DNA from: Paramecium tetraurelia
Taxonomy: Eukaryota
Length of the DNA stretch: 64,000 nt
NCBI GenBank assembly: GCA_000165425.1
Contig: CT868485.1
Location: forward strand, 62,001 to 126,000
Direction of reading: 5' to 3'
Part shown: positions 24,293 through 35,321 of the stretch, in pieces
How positions within the stretch are numbered: the stretch's first letter is position 1
How the letters are laid out: the number at the start of each line of letters is the position of its first letter
Notes under the pieces: model-generated
The model's database searches: none
What the model was told of the DNA's origin: nothing
The model's input: the letters and a program-made list of their open reading frames with translations, nothing else
Made by a program: the position numbers and the translations under genes

Positions 24293-26101
24293 TCAATGAG
24301 AATAGCATCAGAAAATGATTCACCTATTTTTTTAATTGGCTTTGGTTCTGGTAATGGAGGTGGTGGTTTATATTTATTTTTGGGTTCTGCAACAACTTGA
24401 TTGGAAATTTTTAAAATGCGCTGTGAGATCTATTCTAATTGAATAACTCGATTATTATTGCTCCGAGTAGAGTCAGGAAGAGTAGTTTCTTGTTATTTCA
24501 ATAGTTCTCTCAATTCAGGATTCTCTACTTCGCCCTAAAGAATTAAGCACTCAGCTTACAAACTAATTAAATGAAACTTCATTAATTTTCAGGTTGTACT
24601 GCTTGATTATTGTAAGGATGCACATTTAATATGCATCAACCTACAATCCAAGAATCATCTATTTACAAATTGGACATTTCCATTTCCTGGGAGTAACATT
24701 CTTCATCATTGTCACAAGGTTTTCTAATGAGAAACACTAAATATGTTCACAAATATTGCCTCTTGCTGGAGTCTAGATTTAATTCAGATCATAGACACAA
24801 TCCAAACTAACCTTTATGCTCTCCATCGTCACCTCATCAAATTAATTTTATAATATTGACAATTGTATAAATTTCTTGCTCTATTCTATTCCTAATAAAC
24901 AACTCTAGTCCATCTTGACTTTTTTAATAAATTCACTTAATTTATAGACTTTGACTTGGAATATTCCTAACATATATGGAATCCCTTAATTTATTCGATA
25001 GGCTTTCATTTCAGGAGTTCCATTCGATTCTCTTATAGTTAGAAGGTTAACTTGTCCCAATTCAATATTAAGCATCAATTTTTCATCCTTTCTTTTTTTC
25101 AAGCAACTATTATTAGCTAAAGGTCTGAATTCTTGAATTTTTTTTCCATTCAATTATAAATCCCCTAAATCAGGCCATGATATATCCTCATACTATCCAT
25201 CTATTTTAATGGATCTCAATTCTATTAATTATTCTGAAGGTATTCCTTTTTTCATCTGAAATTTTTGAGTAAACTAATTTGCCCTCCCTTCCACTGATTA
25301 GAATATTACAGGGTCTAAAATTGACTCTTTTAATTCGTGTAATGGATCTATTCCTATTAATATACATTCTGGACACACAAACACTTTCTTAGGCTTCTCA
25401 ATTCGTAAACATGAACTATGGAAATAGTTCTTGCAAACTGCGCATCTCAATGCTAATGATTTCAACACTGTCTGATTACTCTTCTTACAAACACAATATG
25501 GACAATTCAATTGTTCCTAAGTTGGATGTTGATATTAAGCTAGTTGAATCAATTCTGATTCTTGTGTTAACACTTTCTCTTATTATTCTTCTTGGATTTT
25601 TTGATTTGAATCAATTTCTATATCAATTACTATCGGTGATGATCTTGTACTAGATGAATCGATCAATTTTTGTTAATCAATTAAGAATTTCAATGTTGAT
25701 ATTTGATGTTGAAAGAAATGATTTATACGCTAATTTATATGATCGATTATTTTCTTTAAAATAGGGTGTCGATTAATCTTTGGCACATCATCTAAATTAA
25801 AATAGCTACCTAAAAATAAATCGCTAATCGATTTTGGTGGATTGAATATCTGTTTTTAAATCATTTTCTGTTTCTGGAGATTGAAAATGAATTCTAAAAA
25901 TACTGACTTAAAATTCAATTCAAAATCCTATTGAATGTTGAACTCTTCTGACAATTCGATTTAAACTTTGCTACTAATCTATGAAATATTTCATGCACTC
26001 ACTTAATTAATCAATATTCCTTCGTCAAGATAATTCGGTATCAGTTAATTTAATTCCTCTCTGATCTCTTTCAGATGCTTCTCAAGTTCTTTTCTTTACA
26101 T
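24293..26101 (-). CDS. SIZ/PIAS-type SUMO E3 ligase (PHD + SP-RING/MIZ)
   Basis: PHD (CVC..CAVCKNYFHSSC..FVCPEC), SP-RING (VSLDC..TPARGNICEHIQCF..KWKCPICK) and a C-terminal SIM-like DAILID*. Confidence 0.85.
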
Positions 26102-27195
26102 TCCAATTTTTATTTTAAATATTCGATTATATATTTACTAAATTAATACATTGATATTTTGAACTTTTTATAACATCCTTTTTTTCATAGTAGGTTTGGA
26201 AATCAAAATATGACCTTTGTATCAATTCAAATACTAAATATCTAAAGAAACATCAAGTAATTACTAACCCTGAAAGCATGATAATGAGGATCATCAACTT
26301 TCTTAAACTAAGGTATTTAAATTTCAATCACTTATGAAAATCTTGGAAAGCATTATAGCAACCAATAGATAGGATAAAAGTGTTATAAAATCAGTTAACC
26401 AATTAATCCTAAAAGTATTTCATGTAGATTAAATTAAATTCTAGATAAATTTCATGTTATAATTTCTCAATTAACCCATTTAATCTAATAATTAATAGAT
26501 ACAAAAAAGAAAGGCTAAATTTATTACTATCTGAAATAAAGGAATATTTACTATCTATTGTTATTTTTAGATTTATTGTTAGTTAATTTATTAATTACAG
26601 CCCTCTAATGTTTGGGAATACATAATTTTATTATAAACTTAAGATATAAATTACAATAAGTTAATTAAATGTATAATCATTAATAATTTTAGATTAATTT
26701 ATTGTTAAAGCCCTTTTAATTTAATAGATAGCTTCGAGAGTACTAAATGATTAATGAAATTATTAAAATAAATAAAAAATCCTTCTAATATATTAGTATA
26801 TTAGTATATAATCTCTTTGCTAGAGGCAAGGGAAGAAAATTTAAGTAAAATTTATTCGAACATCATTTTAACACCTATTTTTCTGATTAGGATTGAATGA
26901 CCAATTGGGCAAGTTTAATTTGTTACTATTAGAATAGTTCATAATATGAAGGATTGATTGAATAAAATCTCAATTGTTCTAAATTATTGTTCATACTATT
27001 ATTTAGATGTAGTTATTAGTTAACTAAAGAATATAAATTTAAATTAAAAATAATGCTTTAAAGTCATTCATCTCTATAACAAATCCTTATTAAGGATAAT
27101 ATATAGATTATTTGGGGATAGTTTAAAAAACATGAAATGTTTATATGTTAAAAATAGAATATAGTTTTTGATTAGAATGTGATTTTAATTAATTA

Positions 27196-27718
27196 ATGTG
27201 TAAATTGGCTGAATTCAAAATTCCAAATGTTGTAGATCCAAATTTTGGCCTAATCCACGAACAATGACTCCACAATGATTACAAACATTTACTTCTTTGG
27301 ATATGGTGAAATTGAATTACACATTCAAGACATTAAAGAAGTCTCTGCCTTACATTGTAGGTGTTCTTGGAGGTTGTTTTGTTAACAAGCTAGTTGTGGA
27401 TGGAGTAGTAAAAGGCTTTATTTTTGGCGAGAATGGTAGAACTTGTGATTTTATAATTAGGTAATGGAGGAATACTGTTAGAGATGAAGACATATAATAG
27501 TATAGGCGATTATACATACAATAGATAATTTTAGAGAATGAGATACTTGACTGAAATGCCTGCTGATAACGATTTATAGATATTGATTTTGAATAGGCGA
27601 TGATCCACATGTGAAAATAAGCGATTACCTTTTACATGATTTGGGAGTTACAATCTTATAGTATGGACTTCAACAAAATGTAACAAAGAGAGTACCACAC
27701 GATAGATATTTGTTGTGA
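27196..27718 (+). pseudogene. pseudogene of a ciliate-specific mitochondrial ATP synthase subunit (ATPTT12-like)
   Basis: Reconstructed WPNP..., IFGENGNGG.LLEMKT.NS..DY.YNRQFQRMRYLTE.PAGDDP and KRVPHD.YLL*, which match my recollection of Tetrahymena ATPTT12. Lesions: frameshift near 27244, TGA at 27276-27278, and intron 27566-27596 starting AT instead of GT. Confidence 0.75.
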
Positions 27719-27899
27719 GTATAAGGATAATAAAATTAATATAATTTATTGAATTATCTATTTATCACTTAAATGTTTATTTGGATGATGATTCAGACAA
27801 TTATATTTGATAAATTCTGATTTTAAGACTGATGATGATTAATTATTTTGTAACATGCAACTTATAGTCTTTGATACTTTATTAATAATAAATTAATAA

Positions 27900-29453
27900 A
27901 TGTTTATTTGCTGTAATAGTAACAAGAAAGCCAAAAGAAGGGAAAACTAAAATCAGTAGTCAATTTAGCAAAAACCTAACTAGACCAAATATTAGATTCG
28001 CGTATCTATTGAATAGGATCAACATTCTACAAATTTAACAAATATAGAGGGCACATCTGATAAAATGAATTTTAGTTCCCAAGATGTCGAGAGATTCATT
28101 ATAGATGGCAGGAAAACTATTGAATAAGAACGTGAATTAGTAATGAGATTAATAGAATTGCCTGAGAAAACTCATTTAATTGAATTCAATTGGGCATTTG
28201 CCTACTCAAATTATATAAAGGATGAACGCATCCATCCTGGAGAAATCACTAATAACATATTAGTTGAGAAACTTAGAAATATAAAAGAATTAGTTTCTGA
28301 AAAAGATTATGTTTTAGTCAATGAATAAGTTTGGAATATGCTGGTTCACATCTATAAGGGCGGTCCAATGCTGACCATTCATGATCTAGATAGAATAAAT
28401 TTAGAAAAGACATTGAGAGGATTTTCATCTCCTCCAATAGTTGATTTGGATAAGAAACAAAATTAGTTTAGATTATTGAGTCAATTACCCGTAAAAGAGA
28501 TCTAGATTGTGGGATTAGAAAATGAGAATTACTTTTGTTATCTAAACAGTGTTCTCCAGTGTCTAATGGGAATCCGTCAGCTTAATCATTTCTTATTATA
28601 TTCTTACAATTAAGAAGTTCAGCTTTTCACATAAGCCTATACTTTTCTGCTCAAAAAGGCTAATAAAAAGCATTATAAAGGAAGAGTTAGCCCTAATGAA
28701 TTGATTAAGATTCTGGAAAAGCATTTCTCTATCTATGAAATGCACGACAGTTCTGAACTCTTATTGTTCATTCTTGATAATTTAAAGAAGAACTCTCTCT
28801 GAAAAATTAGTTATAAACGACAACATTTATTGATGAGTTATTTCAAGGTCAAATTACCTCCTTTATGAAATGCCCTTATTGCAATAAAACTATTACTCAC
28901 TAAGAAGTTTATTTTGATCTTAGTCTTCCTTTACTTAGTAAAAGTTTCATCTAAAGAAAACTTACCATCAACGAATGTCTTTCAAATTATTTCAAAGAAG
29001 AAATTATTGATGGAGAATGGAGGTGTTCTGTATGCAACTAATAATCCAAAAACATTAAAAGAGGAATCAAAATCTCCAGTGCACCTAATATACTTATTTT
29101 GCATCTCAAAAGATTTCAGAACTACCCTCTAAAAAAGAAAATAAAAGAGCCTGTTAATATAGATATGGAAATCAATATCAAAAAGTATAAATTATCGCTA
29201 TAATCTACCTTAGTTATTGTTGCACAGACATTACAGATACCAAATATGATTTATCGGCCATGATTGTTCATTCTGGCACCATAGACGAAGGACATTATGT
29301 TGCAGTAGTGAAGCGTAACTAATAAGTAATTGTACTCACTTATAAACAACTTAGTTTTTCCTATTCAATGATGATGAAATCCAAAGACTTTCATATGATT
29401 AAATCTCTCGCATTGATTCTGCTTACCTTCTTATCTATCATAGAAAAATATGA
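27900..29453 (+). CDS. DUSP-domain ubiquitin-specific protease (one frameshift near 28780)
   Basis: DUSP (HPGEITNNIL..DYVLVNEQVW..YKGGP), Cys box GLENENYFCYLNSVLQCL, HDSSELL, LILHLKRF, His box HSGTIDEGHYVA and FNDDEI. Confidence 0.85.
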
Positions 29454-29487
29454 TTGAATTAATTTAACTCTAAAATTATATATCAAT

Positions 29488-30530
29488 ATGCAGCCTAAAG
29501 AACTTAAATAAAATTTCAAAGTTTTAGAGTTTAACTACCCTGAATTGTTTAATAAGGCCATGACATTTAAACAATATAATTAGGAATATACTGCAAGAAA
29601 TAAAGATAATCCATTAAAATAGGGCATTAATGAAAATTTAATTGAATTAGGCTCAGATCTTTTTGATTTCTACTTTCATGATTTTTTCACATTTCAAGAG
29701 TATGAATTTCAGAATTCAACTTTATTATAGTTTACCAAATAAAGATCAAAACACTTTCACATCCTACAGTGATATTAGAACTTAAAAGCAGTAATTATTG
29801 ACTGAAAAGAATTTAGCAGAAGTTGCTATTCAATTAGGATTAAAAGAAAAGATGCTTGTTTCTATTAACCAAAATTCTGATTTGAAGTATTTCTATCTTT
29901 TAATCCTATAGGAACAACCAAAAAATTTAGTCTTAGTCCTTAAAGGCTCTTATTGGCGCCTAATATTTTGATAAATAAAAAGACCTCAACCTTTTAAGGA
30001 AGCTAATGCAACCCATTTTTAAGGATTTAATCAAAAAATCACTTGAAAAAACTATCAATGTTTAGAATGAATCTTTGAATTTAGTCAAACAAGAAAACTT
30101 TAAGGGAGAGTTCATAGACTTTATGGATAAACATCCAGAATATACATATAAATTGGTATTTTAAGAATCCTTAAATCTATTTGATAAAAATCGTAAAATT
30201 TATTAATATGAATTATTGATAAATGATGTTTTACCATTAAAAAGTACTGGGGAATAAAAAAAGGCTGTTGAAGCCTAGGTATTTAAGGATGCCTTGTAAC
30301 TTCTGAAAACTGATGAATTTTTATAATTATTAGACGATAGTATGAAAAATTAGCAAGAGATTATTTAACAATCAGGAATATCTGAATCTTAAGTATAAAG
30401 CCATATTCATAATAATTTAAAATTTGTTCAATAATTAGGGCAAATAGAGGAGAGCTTGAAATAAAAGGAGTAAATTAATGAATAAGAAGAACTAGGAAGA
30501 TTAGTTGAATCTTATTTATAAAAGTTTTGA
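29488..30530 (+). CDS. RNase III-like domain plus dsRBD protein, predicted catalytically inactive
   Basis: FNYPELFNKAMT, NENLIELGSDLF, LAEVAIQLGL, SQSLKALIGAQYFD, then dsRBD-like NFKGEFIDFM..YELLIND..STGEQKKAVEAQVFKDAL. Two tiny introns near 29700-29730 and 29887-29911. Confidence 0.75.
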
Positions 30531-30600
30531 ACACCAAAACAAAAAGTGAAATATTAAAAACGAACATACAATTATAAATATTTTATTAAATTTTATAAAA

Positions 30601-31520
30601 ATGAGTGAGTAAGATTAGCCTACAAATTCACGTTATTCGACTCTCTAATCCAATAATTATTAGAGTTAATTATTGACAACTCATTTTGGAAAACTATTGG
30701 ATAAAAACGAAGCATTCTTCAATCATCTCAAAGGGGATTGTATTTGTGGCAGATGCATATGTGGATAATGCAAATGTCCAAAAATGCTTTTGTCAAATGA
30801 TTTTAAGAAAGGATAAGAATCATTATATTAAAGGGATTTTATCACTCATGGCAAATAGAAGTAAATTCCTCTTATTGATCATAATGTAACTTACAAGAGT
30901 TAATTGCCAATGGATATTGATACAATTTAAAGAGTACTAAAATACTAATTAAATTTTAGAGCACATATTAAGCTCACACTGATGCTAAGCCAGCAGAATC
31001 TTTAAAACCTGAACAAAAAGTGTTTTTGATTCCATTCAGTAGTTCCTCAGCCTACAGGGTAACATAATTCAGATTTATATTAGCTTGACTACGCTGGAGG
31101 TGGAATGTCTTCTCTTAAGATTAATCCTCCTCATCATCCTACTGTAGTAGACATGCCAATGACTACTCATTCAACCTATCAGGATAACTTTTATAAAAAG
31201 CCCATCCCAAGAGAAGAATTTCTAACAACTGCAAATAAAAGCAGCTTTAAAAGTCCAATATCACCCGAATTGCCTTTTATTCATCAATCTACAAATAGTG
31301 CTTTTTATAAGCCTTATCAAACTGGAAAATTGAATAAAATTGACTCTGAATAAGTAAATTTAATAACTCATACATTTAGAAAGTTAGAATGATTCCAGCT
31401 TTTGATGGTTAATTTAATTCAACTACTTAAAAAGATTTTGATGATAAGAATCCAAAAAAATGCCCATCAAGAGTTTTTTTGAACTCTTTATACAAATAAA
31501 AACTTTAATAAATTGCTTGA
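30601..31520 (+). CDS. SAXO/STOP-like microtubule-stabilising protein
   Basis: N-terminal CICGRCICGQCKCP and repeated S-T-Y-x-x-D/N-F motifs (SLYQRDF, HSTYQDNF, STTQKDF). Ends KKCPS...IA*. Confidence 0.7.
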
Positions 31521-31561
31521 ATTAAATAAGATAAAAACATAAATAAATTAAATTTCGTTTA

Positions 31562-32523
31562 TCATTTTAGCTTTTAAAGTTTTCTTAATTTTTTGCGATA
31601 TTTTAAAATTTCAATAATGATAAGGATTATACCTTATTTGATGATCTCATATATTTTTTCATAAAACATAAGTAAAAATGCAGAATTTAATACTGATTAA
31701 CACAATTTTGGTGTCAATCCTAATAGTAAATGAGAATAGATCACCTTTAAATAATCCTTGAATTCCTTCATTTTTGAGAATCTTTTCTACTGCTGAAAAA
31801 TAGGATTTTGAACTATTTTTCTTTACATGTATTTTGGTCCTCAGAAGCTGATAAGGCTAATATTGCAGAATAAAATTTAAACATATGTTAAAATTGTGGA
31901 AATGGCCTTTGATATTGCTCCTCCAATAAAATTAACTAAAGCTTAATTTTCTACATATTAAAGTCTTCTTTTGAATGCTTCATAGATGACAAATTGAATT
32001 ATCGGATTTATTGTTAATATCAGTGAGGCTTATAAACCTTTCATTAATGCCTCCCATCCTTCTTTTTCAATTATTTGCTTAGTCTTATAAAAAAAATTCA
32101 GATTATCTTTGCTGACTGTCATCCTTGATTACACAACCCAAAATGGATTTGTTACAAATGTTGTGAGAATAGCTGATGCTAAGGATGGCTTAATTAAGTC
32201 AAATGAATTAGCAATATCTGTTTTAAACAAATGTTTAAAATACTCATACCTTCTGATAAAATATTATATGTGTACCAAAAAAAGTAGACTCCATATGAAA
32301 TATAGTTGCCTAAAGCTAGAGGAGTGACACCTTTAAAAAATCCCCAGACCCCTTCCTAATCCCACACTTGAATAATAACCTCTTGGATGGCCTCTTTCTA
32401 TTAGGATGCTGCCATTCTTGTTTTTATGTTTTCTAGAGGATAAAGTAGGCAAGTAGAAAAGAGGCCAGCTAAAGCACCAGCATGTCCATGCGCCATACTC
32501 TCAATATCTTTTAATCTATCCAT
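31562..32523 (-). CDS. mitochondrial-carrier-family protein, peroxisomal PMP34/SLC25A17-like
   Basis: HGHAGALAG..YPLENIKTR, TNPFWVV, QASLILTINPIIQFVIYE, YPYQLLRTK and GLTPKLCQSVLNSAFLLM (three Px[D/E]-type carrier repeats). Confidence 0.88.
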
Positions 32524-32540
32524 ATTAATTATTTATATTA

Positions 32541-33800
32541 TCAAATAACTTCTAATGACCCCAATTTTTCCATCTAATTTTCCTTCACTGAAATTCCATT
32601 CAAAATTTTTTTGGCTTTACATTCTTTCTTCCATTTAGCCTCCGCATCATCTCCTACAGTTAAAGTATTTTAGGCAGTTGATTAAAGTTAGTTTAAAATG
32701 ATTTAGTTTATATCTTTTTTTGAGTTTAGGTGTCACTTTATTTCTTATCTAAAGAATTGAATAATTTCCTAAATGTCTTAATCAATTGAACAGCTGCTCT
32801 TTGCTGAACCTAAGCAAATATTTATAAAAGTTTACTGATCCTCATATGTCTCAAAATACTCGACTAATTTCTAAATTCTTTATTTGGATTTTTTCCTTTA
32901 AGGATTTAGTCTGTAAAATACATCATCATCTAAATTCTTTTGTGTTTTATTTCTTATATTAACTAAACTTTTAATAAAGTATTACTATTATTTCAATCGA
33001 TCCCTCTCTTTGTCAATACTCTTATACTAATAAAACTTAAGTTACATCTTCAAAATCCTACTATACTATTTCTTGCATATCATAGACATTAGTCATTTTT
33101 TTTAACAAATCAAATAAATCCTTTCCTCCATGAGCTCTACTATGCTAAGAGTGATCAATCGAGACATTATCAAATGATTGTTAACTAGAAATAAAATGAT
33201 TTGATTCTATGCGCTAGCATGATTTCATCTGTAGTTCTTTACAATTAAAAGCGCATCCACTTTTAAACTTTCCTTCACTAAAATCTAAACCTTTTAATCT
33301 CACTGAAAATATGCAATCTAAATACTTTATTAAATGTAAATTTTAGCTTCTTGTGTATATCACTTAATTTTGAGAGAGCACTATTCAAAATCCCTCTAGT
33401 GCTTTATCATAATGATGCTGGAAGAACATTTTTTTTGTTTCTAAAAACTTCATTACTGCTTCTTCATCTGGGTCATATACCTCACAATATTTCTAAACTT
33501 CTTTTGATAAACTAAATCAATAATTTAATTCTTTTACTCATCCACTATCTCTTATTGAATAAATATGTTTTCTACCTCAACAAAGTGGAGAGACTTAATG
33601 AATTTTTGAACTGATTATAAGTATTTAAAATTTGTGATTAACGTATGAGCATGTTTCTTCGGAATATGACTCGTATTTAGCATTTATCTTTGAGACAATA
33701 ATTTTGAAAGTTTCATGTGAACTAAATCTTATTTCTATTCTAAGTTTGTTGTAGCAAACATGGCTGGCTTCTTTTTGGTTGGTGTTCTGATTTATCTCAT
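32541..33800 (-). CDS. hypothetical coiled-coil protein (may join the upstream segment at 33900-34708)
   Basis: ATG at 33800. K/E/Q-rich frame ending MEKLGSLEVI*. Intron structure not fully resolved. Confidence 0.45.
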
Positions 33801-33989
33801 TTATATATAAAGAACTCTTTAATTATTCTAATACTAAAAATATAGTAGATGGGACTATTCACTAATTTCTTAAATATGTTTTACTAAGTGATTAACCTTT
33901 GCCACATGATTTCTCAAAAAATTAATCAACCTAATCCCTGCATTTTATACTCGTTTTATTTCATTCTCATTCTGCTATTCCCTTAAATC

Positions 33990-34708
33990 TAGTTCAACAC
34001 TTGTTGATAATATATTTAAAGTAATCTAATTGCTATTAAAGTTATCTGATATAGACAATAAAAGTTTTTATCGAAAAGCAAACCTATTATATTAAAAAAT
34101 TTTATATAAATAAAAATAATAAAAAATTAAGAATCTCTAATTTCAAAGGTAAGAGACCATTTGAAGTCTCAGGATATTTACAATAAATTATTTCTCTCAT
34201 ATTTGACTAAAGTTCATACTTTTTTTCCTTTAACTAAATACACTCAACTCCTAACCTATCAAACTATTCTTTATACTCTTAATAGTTTTGAACTACTTGA
34301 TCTGTAAAAGCCAATAAATCCTATTGCAAAATACACTCATTCAATTCATTATTTACATTTTTTATCAATTCTAGTAATTTCAAATCAATTTCATCTTCTA
34401 TTGTAGCCTCAACTATTTCCTGAGCTACTTAACCTACTTATGTAGCAAAAATATTCATTATAGATGCTTGATTTGATGAGTGGGCCTCAGACTAGGATAA
34501 CTTCTTTTTGTATCGAATTAAATGTTATCGTTACTCAAAGTGGTACTAAAATAAATCTCTTGGATCATCCTTATTACGCATTTCTTCTAAAAGTTTTAAT
34601 GCATTTGCATTGTATATAACAGTTGATTATTCCTACAATTTCAATTTTATTTTGCTTTCTTTCCATCAAGTCCCTCTATTACTTATCTTTATTGTTGGGT
34701 GATTTCAT
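33990..34708 (-). pseudogene. coiled-coil coding segment with an early frameshift
   Basis: The ATG at 34708 frame hits TGA early. The long E/Q-rich frame (ESKIKLKLQEQ...) is offset by one base near 34660. Confidence 0.35.
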
Positions 34709-34825
34709 ATTTTTGCTAATAATTTTATCTATATTCAATATATTCATCCTATATTTATTTTATTTCTTATTAAATTAATGAATGTTTATCAATTAAACTT
34801 TATTTTTTTAAATTTTAGACATTTT

Positions 34826-35321
34826 TCAATAATTAATGGTATTCCTGTGTTTCTATTGCATTTATTTTACTTTATTGAAGCAACTTATTGGATTGAATTC
34901 CCTCTTATATAGCAGCTTCGTTATCTTTATTAAACCCACGCAATAAATCAAGAACAGAATCAGTGTGCTTTTTGCAATCTGTTATTTTTTCTAAATTAAA
35001 ACAATAACATTCTGAAGTTAAGTTTGTATTAGAATTTCTCTCTCAATTTGAAATTATACTGCTTCTTCATTTATGCTGAAGCTTTACCTATTCATTGAAA
35101 AATAATTTGAAGTAGAGCCTTAGTAGGCTTATTGAGGTGAATATAGTTACTTCTAATATAACTGTTTACTGATTTTTTTCTTTGCTCTTTATAGTTGATT
35201 GAACGGGTTTTTAAATCCCTTTTCATCTCCTTAACTTTAGGATTCAAAAGATCGAAAACCATCAATTAATTCTTGACTATGTAATGATGAAAAATTACAA
35301 AAAATTATCTCCTTAATTCAT
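34826..35321 (-). CDS. small hypothetical protein
   Basis: ATG at 35321, a 22-nt intron, then an open frame QELIDGFRSFESQ... The 3' end is approximate. Confidence 0.35.

Noticed and set aside
27276..27278. In-frame TGA as selenocysteine or read-through
   Set aside because: The same gene also has a frameshift and a broken splice donor, so pseudogenisation is the simpler explanation.
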